Positions 14,624 through 28,170 of a stretch of 64,000 nt of DNA are shown here, piece by piece (position 1 is the stretch's first letter; every line of letters starts with the position of its first letter). The notes beneath the pieces are model-generated. The model searched no databases and was not told the origin of the DNA. It saw only the letters and a list, made by a program, of their open reading frames with translations. The translations under genes were made by a program, and so were the position numbers. Source of the DNA: Mobula hypostoma (taxonomy: Eukaryota); contig NC_086108.1 in the NCBI RefSeq assembly GCF_963921235.1, forward strand, positions 115,012,001-115,076,000, read 5' to 3'.

Positions 14624-17600
14624 TATGTGAGATGTGGCAGTCTTGGGGGAACTCCCCTCTCCCGCAGAGTCACATCTTCCAGAAGTGCATACAGCTGGGC
14701 GATCTGGAAGACTGTGTAAGGAATTTGGAGCAGCAGCTGGATGACCTTCGACTCATAAGGGAGAATGAGGCAGTCATAGATGAGAGCTGCAGGGAGGTAG
14801 TCACACCTAGGCTGTCGGAAGCAGGTCATTGGGTGACAGTCAGAGGGGGAAAGCAAAGGTGAGCAGACAGGTAGTGCAGATCACCCCTGTAGCCATTCCC
14901 CTGAATAGTAAGTTTACCATCCTGGATACTGTTGGCAAGGACGACCGACCAGGTGTGAGTCACGGTGGCAGGGCCTCCGGCACTGAGTCTGACCAGGTGG
15001 TACAGAAGGGTGGGATGGAGAAGAGGAGAGCTGTCGTCATTGGAGACTCTATAGTCAGGGGAGCAGACAGGAGATTTTGTGGATGTGAGAAGGACACTCG
15101 CATGGTTTGTTGCCTCCCAGGTGCCAGGGTCCGGGATGTCTCTGACCAGGTGCACGACATCCTGGTACGAGAAGGAAAGCAACCAGAAGTCGTGATACAT
15201 GTTGGGACCAATGACATAGGCAGGAAGAGGGATGAGGTCCTGAAGTGTGTGTTTCGGGAAGTAGGCAGAAGGCTGAAGAACAGGACCTCAAGGGTGGCGT
15301 TCTCAGGATTGCTGCCAGTGCTACGTGACAGAGATGGTAAGAATTGGAGGAGATGGCAGTTGAATGCATGGCTGAGGAGTTGGTGCAGGGAGCAGGGTTT
15401 TAGATTTTTGGATCATTGGGATCTCTTCTGGGGAAGGTGGGACCTGTACAGATTGGATGGGTTGCACCTGAACTCGAGGGGGAGCAATATCCTTGCAGGT
15501 AGGTTTGCTAGCATGGTTCTGGAGGGTTTAAACTAATTTGCAAGGGGGATGGGACCTGGAGCGATAGAGCAGTGAAAGAAGTGCATGGAGTAAAGCCAAA
15601 TCTAACATATAGAGAGGCTTTGAGGAAAGAGAAGCAGAATAAACGGTGTAAAGACAGTAAGGTAGAAGGGCTGAAATGTGTGTACCTCAATGCAAGAAGC
15701 ATCAGGAACAAAGGTGATGAACTGAAAGCTTGGATACATACATGGAATTATGATGTAGTGGCCATTACAGAGACTTGGCTGGCACCACGGCAGGAATGGA
15801 TTCTCAATATTCCTGGATTTCAGTGCTTTAAAAGGGATAGAGGTGGGGGGCGGGGGAGGGGGGGAGGGGAGGAGGGGTGGCATTACTGTTCATGGATACT
15901 ATTACAGCTACAGAAAGGATGGGTAATGGAGCAGGATCCTCTTTTGAGTCAGTATGGTTGGAAGTCAGGAACAGTAAGGGAGCAGTTACTCTATTGGGGG
16001 TATTCTATAGGCCCCCTGGTAGCAGCAGAGATACCGAGGAGCAGATTGGGAGGCAGATTTTGGAAAGGTGCAAAAATAACAGGGTTGTTATCATGGGTGA
16101 CTTTAACTTCCCTAATATTGATTGGCACCTGATTAGTTCCAAGGGTTTAGATGGGGCAGAGTTTGTTAAGTGTGCCCAGGACAGATTCCTGTCACAGTAT
16201 GTTGACAGGCCAACTAGGGGGAATGCCATACTAGATCTAGTACTAGGTAACGAACCAGGTCAGGTCACAGATCTCTCAGTGGGTGAGTATCTGGGGGACA
16301 GTGACCACCACTCCCCTGGCCTTTAGCATTATCATGGAAAAGGATAGAATCAGAGAGGACAAGAAAATTTTTAATTGGGGAAGGGCAAATTATGAGGCTA
16401 TAAGGCTAGATCTTGCGGGTGTGAATTGGGGTGGTGTTTTTGCAGGGAAATGTACTATGGACATGTGGTCGATGTTTAGAGATCTCTTGTAGGATGTTAG
16501 AGATAAATTTGTCCCGGTGAAGAAGATAAAGAATGGTAGGGTGAAGGAACCATGGGTGACAAGTGAGGTGGAAAATCTAGTCAGGTGGAAGAAGGCAGCA
16601 TACATAAGGTTTAGGAAGCAAGGATCAGATGGGTCTATTGAGGAATATAGGATAGCAAGAAAGGAGCTTAAGAAGGGGCTGAGGAGAGCAAGAAGGGGGC
16701 ATGAGAAGGCCTTGGCGAGTAGGGTAACGAAAAACCCCAAGGCATTCTTCAATTATGTGAAGAACAAAAGGATGATAGGAGTGAAGGTAGGACCAATTAG
16801 AGATAAAGGTGGGAAGATGTGCCTGGAAGTGAGCGAGGTCCTCAATGAATACTTCTCTTCGGTATTCACCAATGAGAGGGAACTTGATGACGATGAGGAC
16901 AATATGAGTGAGGTTGATGTTCTGGAGCATGCAGATATTAAGGGAGAAGAGGTGTTGGAGTTGTTAAAATACATTAGGATGGAAAAGTCCCCGGGGCAAG
17001 ACAGAATATTCCCCAGGCTGATCCACGAGGCAAGGGAAGAGATTGCTGAGCCTCTGGCTAAGATCTTTATGTCCTTGTTGTCCACGGGAATGGTACCGGA
17101 GGATTGGAGGGAGGCGAATGTTGTCCCCTTGTTCAAAAAAGGTAGTAGGGATAGTCCGGGTAATTATAGACCAGTGAGCCTTATGTCTGTGGTGGGAAAG
17201 CTGTTGGAAAAGATTCTTAGAGATAGGATCTATGGGCATTTAGAGAATCATGGTCTGATCAGGAACAGTCAGCATGGCTTTGTGAAGGGCAGATCGTGTC
17301 TTACAAGCCTGATAGAGTTCTTTGAGGAGGTGACCAGGCATATAGATGAGGGTAGTGCAGTGGATGTGATCTATATGGATTTTAGGAAGGCATTTGACAA
17401 GGTTCCACATGGTAGGCTTATTCAGAAAGTTGGAAGGCATGGGATCCACGGAAGTTTGGCCAGGTGGATTCAGAATTGGCTTGCCTGCAGAAGGCAGAGG
17501 GTGGTGGTGGAGGGAGTACATTCAGACTGGAGGGTTGTGACTAGTGGTGTCCCACAAGGATCTGTTCTGGGACCTCTACTCTTCCTGATTTTTATTAACG

Positions 17601-18505
17601 ACCTGGATGTGGGGGTAGAGGGGTGGGTTGGCAAGTTTGCAGACGACACAAAGGTTGGTGGTGTTGTAGTTAGTGTAGAGGATTGTCGAAGATTGCAGAG
17701 AGACATTGATAGGATGCAGAAGTGGGCTGAGAAGTGGCAGATGGAGTTCAGCCCAGAAAAGTGTGAGGTGGTACACATTGGAAAGACAAACTCCAAGGCA
17801 GAGTACAAAGTAAATGGCAGGATACTTGGTAGTGTGGAGGAGCAGAGGGATCTGGGGGTACATGTCCACAGATCCCTGAAAGTTGCCTCACAGGTGGATA
17901 GGGTAGTTAAGAAAGCTTATGGGGTGTTAGATTTCATAAGTCGAAGGATAGAGTTTAAGAGTCGTGATGTAATGATGCAGCTCTATAAATCTCTGGTTAG
18001 GCCACACTTGGAGTACTGTGTCCAGTTCTGGTCACCTCACTATAGGAAGGATGTGGAAGCATTGGAAAGGGTACAGAGGAGGTCTACCAGAATGCTGCCT
18101 GGTTTAGAGAGTATGCATTATGATCAGAGATTGAGGGACCTTGGGCTTTACTCTTTGGAGAGGAGGAGGAGGATGAGAGGAGACATGATAGAGGTGTACA
18201 AGATAATAAGAGGAATAGATAGAGTGGATAGTCAGCGCCTCTTCCCCAGGGCACCACTGCTCAATACAAGAGGACATGGTTTTAAGGTGAGGGGCAGGAA
18301 GTTCAAGGGGGATATTAGAGGAAGGTTTTTTACTCAGAGAGTGGTTGGTGCGTGGAATGCACTGCCTGAGTCAGTGGTGGAGCAGGTACACTACTAGACA
18401 GGTATATGGAGGAATTTAAGGTGGGCGGCTATATGGGAGGCAGGGTTTGAGGGTCGGCACGACAATGTGGGCCGAAGGGCCTCTACTGTACTATTCTATG
18501 TTCTA
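14624..18505 (+). mobile_element. near full-length CR1 (HER1-like) LINE; ORF1 esterase plus ORF2 endonuclease-RT, disrupted
   Basis: ORF1 has GDSIVR/GTND/DGLH SGNH motifs (14829-15536). ORF2 endonuclease LNARSIRNK, ITETW, GDFN, SDH is broken by frameshifts and a stop near 16489. A 626-aa RT segment carries GVPQGSVLGP and FADD. 3' tail ctattctatgttcta. Confidence 0.95.
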
Positions 18506-20399
18506 AGCCTTTTGCACAGGTTGTATATTCCCAGCAGAGATCCCAGTGGTTTATAAACCCCTGCCCTGTGCATTAGCTCTTCAGCCACACATCCTCCTGC
18601 CAAATTATCCTGTTTTTACCCTCTCTAGCACATGGCAGAGGCAGCAATCCAGAGATTACTACCCTGGAAGTCCTGTTTTTCAGCTTTCCACCAAGTTCAC
18701 TAAAATCTCTCTTCGGGCCCTCCTCACTTATCTACCTCCGTCATTGGTGGCAATATGAACCAAGACTTCTGGCTGCTTTCCCTCCTTGTTTAGAATGCCA
18801 ATCTAAGATATCCTTGATCCTGAAATCTGGGAGGCAAAATACCATCTGGGTATCTCTATCACACCCAGAGAATCTCGCCTCTGATCCTCTGACTATGGAA
18901 TCTACTATCAACACTGCAGTCCTCCTCACCTCTTGTGAGCCACGGCACCGGACAGCGCCAGAGACCCGGCCACTGCAGCTTCCCCCGGTAGGTCATCTCC
19001 CTCAACAGTATCTAAAGTGGTATAGTTATTACTGAAGGGAATGGCCACAGGTGTACTCCACACTGGCTATGCATTTCCCTTCCTTTTTCTGACAGTCACC
19101 CAGTTATCCATCTCCTGCAGCCTAGGAGTAACTACCTCCCTGCAGCTCCTGTCTGTCACCTCCTCATTCTCCCATATGAGTCAAAGGTCATCCAGCTGCA
19201 GCTCCAGTTCCCTCAATACATTCTCTCAGCAGCCTCAACTCAATGCACATGGTGCTGATATGTTAATCCAGGAGACTGGAGGTCTCCTTGACTTCCCACA
19301 TCCCACATACAGTACAAACCACCGCCCCTGGAGCCATTCTCACTAAACTACCCTGCCCCAACAGATGAGGAATGAACAAGAAAGAAGAAAAAGACAGTTG
19401 TCGGATACTCCACCTCGCCCAACCCTGGTCTCACCGAAGCCTGATGAGCCAAAGCCACTCGAAAGACTGGCACAGTCTTAGCCGCTAAAAGAATGATTGC
19501 TCTGCTTGCATCCGTGTTACTTTTATTCGCCTTTTCTAATTGAAACCCCTTTTTACCAGGCGACTCTAGAGATCTGGCTTGCTAGCCACTCAGCATTGAG
19601 AAAACCACCTTTCTCAGACTCCATACGTCTAGGGTAGATATGACTGAGGCCCCACTAAACCCATGAGATTGAGACTTCTCGGCCACCCAAACCCCAGTTT
19701 GAGTGAATACTGTGTGAGTTACTGCCCCATGCAATCGCCCGTCGGCAAGAAAGAACAGATCATACACCACACACAATTATAAAGGAAGTACATTTATGAA
19801 TATTAACTTAACCAAAGAGTTATTAAGGAAAAGAAAGAAAAAAAAAGGGCCCACTATAATTAAACAGTCAAACATGCACAGATTGGAGCTCAAATCTTCC
19901 AAAAGCCAGTGTGTCCGATGTACTCACGGCACCAACTGCTATTCACCGATCTCTGGTAGAACTCCCCCTCTTGGGCACCATTGTGCTTTCCTGTCGGATT
20001 GAATCCTACAGCTGGTTCTCTTGAGCTTCATCTCTCTCCGTTCCCACCAAGAAAGATCTTGACCAGTGTCCATCACAAAACCTCTCCCCCAGTATTCTCT
20101 AAAATCTCCACCCAGTTCCACCCTTCTGATTGGATGACGCCACATCCCCAAGCATCCCTCATCTTTAATGGCAATCCAAACACTGCCCTTGCCTTGCCTC
20201 TGTCTTCTCCGTGACAGAACTCTGGCACATTGCTTTAAGTCCAGGTGCAGGAACGCTCTCCCACTCTCAGTCCATTTCCAGCCCTTCATGTGCACATTGG
20301 GACAATGCACCCGCTCCAATATTCTGGTTTCCCAGTCAGTACCTCAGGCTGAAATCATAGGCAGACAACACCATCAACCAACGATGGCCTGTCGCATCC

Positions 20400-23300
20400 A
20401 ATTTCTCCGAGGTCAGGATATAAGTCAATAGATTGATGTCTGTCCTCACCTCAAACTTGGCACCATATAGTCAGTCACTTAACTTATTCCCTACAATCCA
20501 TTTCAAAGCCATTCCAATTTGTGTGTGGGGTAATTTCACTCGGAGGGTGGCAGTCTCAACTATGTGCCCCGATCGTGATATAGCCCTCTTGGCTGGCATC
20601 TGTATGTAATACATACGGCAAATGGGGGTTTACAAAAGCCAACACAAGCACTTTCGTCAGCAGCTCCTTCAACACCTGAAAGCCCTCTTCACATTTTGCA
20701 TCCCATCTTGCTCCAAAGGGCTAAGATAAACTTTACCATATTTTCCTTTTGTCGTCCTCCCATTCTTCCTCAAGAGAGGGTAACTGCACAGAAGCTGATT
20801 CAAGGGTGACTCACTTTAGAGTAGCCCTTCCCGAACCTTCGATAGTACCCATGGAATCCAAGGAACAAGCAGGGGGCGCTCACATTCTTGGGCCTTGGCC
20901 AAATCTGCCTCTATCTTTGGCAGATCCATAGCTAATCCATCCCATGAGACTATGTGCCCAAGCCCAATGTAGTTGACAGATATCTTGCAGAACTGGCAAC
21001 TTGTCCAGTGACAGTTTTAACCCTTCAGCTTTAAGGCCACCTAATACCTTCAGTAGTCTCGCCTCATGCTCTTCCAGGGTGGATCCAAACACTATGAGAT
21101 CATCCGGTATGTTAGCACCTCAAGCAAGTTCATATCCTCAACAATTTTCTTCATGACATGCTGGAAAGTAGCCAGTACTCCTGATATGCCCTGGGATATC
21201 CTTTCAAACTGAAAGAATCCAAGTGGACATATGAATGCTGTCTCCTCCTTATCAGCCTCACTTATGGGTACCTGATAATACCCACTCCTTAGGTCCAGCA
21301 CACTGAACCACTTCACTTCACTCAGGCAGGCCAGGGCATCCTCGATCCTCAAAACAGTACACTGATCAGGGACTGTGCGTCGGTTCAGAGTCTGATATCC
21401 AACATACATTCCTACCTTCCCATTCTTCTTCCTCATCACCACGACGGGGGACACATAGGGACTCCTAGACTCAGTGATAATCCCAGATTCCTTCAGCTTC
21501 TGCAAAACATCCTCCACCTTGGTGGGTGCGAGTCGCCAAGACCTTTCTCTGAAGAGGGTGTCCTCTGTCACTCGGATGGTGTGGCGAGTACTCTTGGAAC
21601 AACCCACATCAAACTCATCAGTAGAAAAGACATCTTCAAACTTCAACACCTTCTCTGTCAATCTCCTCTACCAAACTCCAGGTACCTGGGAGTCACCAAA
21701 GCTGAATGACTTGGCTGTCAACTTTCCCTTTCCAGGAGATGGTTTCTCTCCTGCTGTCTCACGGGAAAACTAGACGTGACAGTCACTGAAAAAAGGTGTG
21801 TCACTGGCATTCCCCTCCCTCTTCAAGGTGTTACTGACAATCATGGTCATCCTGTTTACCCGAACAGCCGATGGCTTTTGCAGTTTGGGCCTCATCGGTA
21901 CCCAGCAGGTAAGCGTGACTCCTCTTTGTGGTCTTCCAGAACATCCACCAGAAGGGCCATAGCATCAGGCATTCTGGAAAATTTGGAGTTTCCCATCACT
22001 CTGGTTACTTCCCCAGGCCATAACATGACGGTTTGGACTGGGTGTACCACACAGTTCCTCCTTTGTGCTCATCATCCAGCCTAGGATAGGCATGCACTTC
22101 CTCAAAAGCAGCTCTGAGCACAGCTCTCTTCAACTTTCTCCTCGTAGGCTCCCACTAGTCTCCTTACAATTGGCGTATTTATCCCCACAAGAATTGAAGC
22201 TTCACCCTTCTCGACCAGGTCTGGACAAACCAACACCAACATATCAAGGACCTCAGCTACTCCCACATCTGCCTCCGAAAACTCCAGCTTCAACAAGTAA
22301 CCACCATACAGGTAGTCATCAGTACTAAAGCTCTCGGGCACTGAGTGGCATCAATGGCAAAGGCATCAAGTACCAGTTGTAAAAGGATCTGTACAGCAGA
22401 GTAACCTGAGAATGTGTGTCAGGTATGGATCTAGCAAAAGCACCCTTACTCCATATGGATACACTGGAGCTTGGCCCCACTAAGCCTTCAGGAATAGGGT
22501 TTTTCACTTTAGTGTTTTCCTTGATACATTGACTGGAACGTGATCCCCCCAGGATGACAGGCTGTTCCCTCACTGGGTTTCTCTGAAGTTTCCTGATTTC
22601 CCCTTCTGTTTAAGAACCCGCGGACTCCCTTTCCGAAGGCCTTCCCATCCTTCACACTCCCGTCTGAAGTGTCCCTCCTCACCACAGTTGTAACAGACAA
22701 TACCAGTCACTCCCCTTTTCAAAGGACGCCCTACAATAGCAGCCCTCTGCTTAGTATGTCCCATCAGTGGGCCAGGCTCCCTATCGGCTTTGTCATGCTT
22801 GGTGACAGCACCCACTGATAGCAACCGAGATACCTCAGTTCTCTAATCCTTTACAGATCCTACAAAACCCCCACCCGTGTAGCTTTAGGGGTCACTTCAG
22901 CAACAGAGGGTACCACCAAGGACTGTACCCTGCTGACAGAGGTCTCCTGCTCCTCTACTGCATTTTCCTCCTCTCTTACTTCTCTCATCAGCTCAACAAA
23001 CGAGGGAAGGGGGAGGCGATTCCTTCAAGACAGAGGCTTAAAGCAATCAGGTCACATGACTGTGCGTCCTTTGCCACTTGGTCCATCCTTAATTGATTCA
23101 CATCAGCCAGTTGAATGGCCCCTTTATGCCAAAAGCAAAACAGCCGTCCCTCCAGCCGGAAAATGTAAGCAGAAACTTTCTCCCCTTTCTCCTGAAACAT
23201 GTTCCCAAACCCTGTCAGAAACTCCATCAGGCTTCCTGTCACGCCAAAAACACTTTCTAAGAGTTGTATGTAGTCTGCTGAAGTAGCAAAGGGGCTGTCT

Positions 23301-23540
23301 GCTTTCGAGGACCTCACCCCCTCAGAGGCCAAACCCTTCAGGCTCTCTACCAGTCACTGTCTTTTCACGCCATCAGAACACTGACACTCGACCAGCATCT
23401 GCCCAAGGCTCATTTTCCTCCTCCCCCCTGGGGGTGAGCTTCTCTTCCCAGAACATTCTCAGCCTCCGATAACTTTGACTCACTGCTGGTGCACTTTGCC
23501 ATTTATCTGCCAGGGACATAATTGCTGATACCAACTAGGA
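20400..23540 (-). mobile_element. Ty3/Gypsy LTR-retrotransposon internal remnant with PNMA-like gag
   Basis: gag YRRLRMF and LVESLKG..ADYIQLLESVFG..QEKGEKVSAYIFRLE; zinc knuckle CYNCGEEGHFRREC (ORF 22570-22824); RT ESRSPYVSP..KKNG..LDLRSGYYQV (ORF 21092-21661). Many stops and frameshifts. A possible LTR at about 19600-20300 was not confirmed. Confidence 0.88.
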
Positions 23541-24515
23541 ATGGATAGTCAGAGGCTTTTCCCCAGGGCTGAAATGGCTAACAAGCAACAGTTTTAAGGT
23601 GCTTGGAAGAAGGTACAGAGATGTCAGGGGTAAGTTTTTTTTATGCAGAGAGTGGTGGAAGTGGATATGATACGGTCTTTTAAGAGACTCCTGGATAGGT
23701 ACATGGAGCTTAGAAACCTACAGTACAATACAGGCCCTTCGGCCCACAAAGCTGTGCCGAACATGTACTTACTTTAGAAATTACCTAGGATTACCCATAG
23801 CCCTCCATTTTTCTAAGCTCCACAATCACTGACAACCAGCCAGAAAAGGCTCCCTTTATTCCCACCCTTTGCCTCCTGCCAATCAGCCACTGCTTTATTC
23901 ATGCTAGAAACTTTCCTGTAATACCATGGGCTTGGAGTTTGTTGACAAAGTGTGGCATCTTGTCAAAGGCCTTCTGAAAATCCAAGCACACAAGATCAAC
24001 TGATTCTCCCTCGTCTATCCTGCTTGTTATTTCTTCAAACAATTCCAACAGATTTGTCAGGCAAGATTTTCCCCTGGGGGAACCACGTTGACTCCAGCCT
24101 ATTTTATCATGTGCCTTCAAATACCCTGAAACCACATCATTAATAATCGACTCCATCAGCTCCCCAATCACTGAGGTCAGACTAACTGGCCTAAAATTTC
24201 CTTTCTTCTGCCTTTCTCCCTTCTTGAAAGGTGGAATGACATTTGCAATTTGTAATTTATAGTATTATTTTAGTACTGCAATGTACCGCTAACTTAAAAT
24301 AACAAATTTCACAACGTACTTGGTGATATTATACCGGATTCTGATTCCGGGTTTCTAGCGTTTTCCATTGACATTCCAACACATTAAGATGATTAATTTC
24401 CTCTAAAACAGCCCAGGAATATCATGAGCATAAGAGTGATTGGGGAATAAAGTGCCGAATGCTCTGAATGAACGAGGAAGCTGGAGAGTTGGTGAGGGGC
24501 AGCAGCCCAACGTAC

Positions 24516-24641
24516 CTCCATGCTGAGGACCTTGTGGAATATGGCCTGGGCCAGGCTCTCACGTACATATCTTTGATGATCTTTGCGGACTATACTGAGA
24601 CGATATTCCTTCTCGGACACAATCCGTCCACTCCTTGTGAC
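24516..24641 (-). CDS. ERICH3: ERICH3 coding exon 3
   Basis: cag|GTC...GAG|gtacg, 126 bp. VTRSGRIVSEKEYRLSIVRKDHQRYVRESLAQAIFHKVLSME versus human (recalled) ITRSGRILSEKEYKLNMMKRDHQKYIRECLAQAIFHKVLDME. Confidence 0.96.
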
Positions 24642-24729
24642 CTGCACAGGGAAGCATCAAAGATCTAAGAACTTCAGGGATTTAATCTTTAGCAATGGTC
24701 TTAGAGATAGATCAGTAAGAAATAGCTTG

Positions 24730-25060
24730 GAAACAGACCCTTCAGCCCATCAAGTCTATGCTGTCTGTCAACTACCTGTGGATACCAACCTTACATTGAC
24801 CCCATTTCATTCTCCCTTCGTTCCCAACAACTCCCCCAAGAATCCACCCCTCACCTGCACACTAGGGACAATAGACAGCAGCCAATTAACGCATTGGTCT
24901 ACGCGTCTTTGGGATGTGGGAAGGAATCTGAGCACACGGGGGAAACCCACACACAAGGAGAACATGCAAACTCCCCACAGACAGTGCCACAGGCCAAGAA
25001 TGAACCCGGATCTCTGGGGCTGTGACGCAGTGGCTCTACCACTGTACCATGACCACTCCT
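24730..25060 (-). mobile_element. HE1/V-SINE-like SINE between ERICH3 exons 2 and 3 (other copies near 29770-29905, 40780-40895, 41900-42080, 45720-45920, 51900-52060)
   Basis: The reverse strand carries the V-domain-like core gtttgcatgttctcc..gtgggtttcc..ttcctcccacatcccaaagac. Confidence 0.7.
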
Positions 25061-25189
25061 GTGCTCCTTTGCCTGGGCCATACGACAATACGACCTAGGA
25101 GCAGAATTAGGCCATTTGTCCCATCTAGCCTGTTCCCAGAACTGTCGAGATTGGGGGATCACAGAGCCGGCCATGATTGTCCTACCTAC

Positions 25190-25283
25190 CAAACCCACAC
25201 GTTGTAGGTGCCTACGGATCCTGGTGTTATTGAAGTATCTGGTCAGATGTTTGTCTGTCAGGCTGTTATATGTCTCCAGGGGT
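25190..25283 (-). CDS. ERICH3: ERICH3 coding exon 2
   Basis: tttcag|A CCC...TTG|gtagg, 94 bp, phase 2/0. PLETYNSLTDKHLTRYFNNTRIRRHLQRVGL matches ERICH3 YNSLMDKHLAGYFNNTRIRRHL. Absent from the ORF track; read by hand. Confidence 0.95.
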
Positions 25284-25524
25284 CTGAAAGATAAAAATAA
25301 TGAAGGTCAGTCCCCACATGGGGTCATCGAGTCAGTGCAGGGACATGATGCAGAGTGCAGAACAGGCTCAGTGGGCTGAATGATCAACTGCTGTTATCCC
25401 CACCACCAGTGCCACAGGATTGTACGGCATAGGAACAACCCCGCTGCCAAACACATCCTTACTGACTTGCTCGCCGTTAGTTTTATAAGGCATTGGCCAA
25501 ATCTGTGAGAAGTTTTGGGTCCAT

Positions 25525-27520
25525 TATCCAAGTTGGAATTTAATGCAGACAAGTGCGAGGTGTTGCACTTCAGTTGCCCCAACCAGGGTAGGTCTTACAC
25601 AGTGAATGTTAGGACATTGAGGAATGCGGGAAAACAAAGGGATCTGGGAATACAGGTCCACCATTCATTGAACATAGCATCACAGGCAGATAGGGTCATA
25701 AAGAACGCTTTTGACACACTGGTCCTCATAAATCAATGTATTGAGTACAAGGCTTGGGATGTTATGGTGAAGTTGTACAAGACATTGACCAGTTTGGAGT
25801 ATTGTGTACAGTTTTGGTCACCGACCTACAGGAAAGATGTAAATGAGGTTGAAGTAGTACAGAGAAATGTTACAAGGATGTTGCCAGGTCTGGAGGACCT
25901 GAGTTATAAGGAAACATTGAATAGGTTAGGGCTTTATCCCTTAGAATGTAGAAGATTGAGAGGAGATTTGATACAGGTATACAGAATTATGAGGGGTATA
26001 GATAGCATAAATGCAAGCAGGCTTTTTCCACTGAGGTTGGATGGGGCTACAACCAGAAGTCACAAGAACATAAGAAATAGGAGCAGGAGTCGGCCATCTG
26101 GCCCGTTGAGCCCGCTCCATCATTGAATAAGATCACGGCTGATCTGACCATGGACTCACCTCCACCTACTTGCCTTTTCCCCATAACCCTTAATTCCCCT
26201 ACTATGCAAAAATCTATCCAACCTTGTCTTAAATATATTCACTGAGGTAACCTCCACTGCTTCATTGAGCAGAGAATTCCACAGATTCACCACTCTCTGG
26301 GAAGAGCAGTTCCCCTTCATCTCTGTCCTATATAACCTGTCTATATCTCTCTGCAGACTCTCACAATTTGCTTTTCCATTCAATTTAGTATCATCACTTA
26401 ACTTAGGTACACTACACTCGGCCCCCCTTCCAGATCGTTAATGTATATCAATAGACAATAGGTGCAGGAGTAGGCCATTTGGCCCTTCGAGCCAGCACCG
26501 CCATTCACTTTGATCATGGCTGATCATCCACAATCAGTACCCCTTTCCTGCCTTCTCCCCATATCCCTTCACTCCGCTATCTTTAAGAGCTCTATCTAAT
26601 TCTTTCTTGAAAGAATCCAGAGACTTGGCTTCCACTGCCTTCTGAGGCAGAGCATTCCACAGATCCACAACCCTCTGTGTGAAAAAGTTTTTCCTCAACT
26701 CTGTTCTAAATAGTCTACCCCTTAGTCTTAAACTGTGGCCTCTGGTTCTGGACTTCCCCAACACTGGGAACATGTTTCCTGCCTCTAGTGTGTCCAATCC
26801 CTTAATAATTTTATATGTTTCAATCAGATCCCCTCTCATCCTTCTAAATTCCAGTGTATACAACTCCAGTCACTCCAATCTTTCAACATATGACAGTCCC
26901 ACCATCCCGGGAATTAACCTCGTGAACCTACGCTGCACTCCCTCAATAGCAAGAATGTCCTTCCTCAAATTTGGAGACCAAAACTGCACACAATACTCCA
27001 GGTGTGGTCTCACCAGGGCCCTGTACAACTGCAGAAGGGCCTCTTTGCTCCTATACTCAACTCCCCTTGTTATGAAGGCCAACATACCATTAGCTTTCTT
27101 CACTGCCTGCTGTACCTGCATGCTTACTTTCAGTGACTGATGAACAAGGACACCTAGATCTCATTGTACTTCCCCTTTTCCTAACTTGACACCATTCAGA
27201 TAGTAATGTGCCTTCCTGTTCTTGCCACCAAAGTGGATAACCTCACATTATCCACATATCGTGAACAGTTGTGGGCCCAGCACTGACCCCTGTGGCACAC
27301 TGCTCACCACCGATTGCCAACCAGAGCAACATTCATGTATCCCAACTCTCTGCTTTCTATTAGTTAACCAGTGCTCTATCCATGCTAATACATCACCCTC
27401 AACACTATGCATCCTCATCCAATGGATAAGTCTTTTACGTGGCACCTTATCAAACACCTTCTGTAAATAATGTCCATCTGTTCCCATATATCCACTGTGC
27501 TCATCACATCCTCAAAAAAT
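25525..27520. mobile_element. cluster of CR1 3' fragments (plus 25525-26060; minus 26060-27520)
   Basis: ORFs 25515-26126, 26534-26863, 26870-27121 and 27248-27487 carry CR1 RT and C-terminal motifs. Confidence 0.85.
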
Positions 27521-27739
27521 TCTAGTTTCATGGTTTCAACATTTAAGAGTCACGTGTACATGGAGTAAAATGTGTCATTTGTGTCAACGACTGACACAGT
27601 CAGAGGATGTGCTGGGGGCAGCCTGCATGTGTCACCATGTTTGCAGTGCCAACACAGCATGTCCACAATTTACTAGCCATTCACCTTTTCAGTGTGGAGG
27701 AATCCCACAAAGTCTCAGAGAGAACGTACTAACAGCTCA

Positions 27740-28170
27740 TGCATTGATTTACACCTCTGACTGTGTGGCTAAGCACAGCTCCAACTCCATAAGCAAGTTT
27801 GCTGATGACGAATCCGCATACAGTACAGGAGGGAGATTGAAAACTTGGCTGAGTGCTGTCACAACAACAACCTCTCACTCAATGTCAATAAGACCAAGAA
27901 ACTGATTGTAGACTTCAGGAGAGGAAAACCAGAGGCCCATGAGCCAGTAATCAGAGGATCAGAGATGGAGGGGGTCAGTAACTTTAAATTCTGGGTGTCA
28001 CCATCTCAGAGGACCTGTCCTGGACCCATCACATAAATATCATTGTGAAGAAAGCACGACAACGTCTCTACTTCCTCAGGAGTCTGCAGATTCAGCATGT
28101 CATCAAAAACCTTTGCAAACTTCGATAGATGGTTGTGTAAAGTGTGTTGACTGGCTCTATTACATCTTGA
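27740..28170 (+). mobile_element. Rex1/Babar-like LINE RT fragment
   Basis: DCVAKHSSNSISKFADD and LSLNVNKTKKLIVDFRR. Confidence 0.72.

Larger units (their letters stand above)
10930..19540 (-). mobile_element. older, degraded CR1 LINE interrupted by younger insertions
   Basis: Minus-strand pieces: ORF1 esterase 18506-19300 (DSIVRG...NHWDL) resumes at 14623-14540 (LHLNP.GSNILA); ORF2 pieces at 12470-10930 (PEDWKIANVTPLFKKG, YLDFQKA). Confidence 0.75.

Noticed and set aside
16517..18397. 626-aa ORF as a host gene or active retrotransposon
   Set aside because: It is CR1 reverse transcriptase. The upstream endonuclease and ORF1 carry frameshifts and a stop, so the element is not autonomous.
22570..23540. 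Domesticated PNMA-like host gene
   Set aside because: The gag is fragmented by stops and frameshifts and is still attached to decayed pol.
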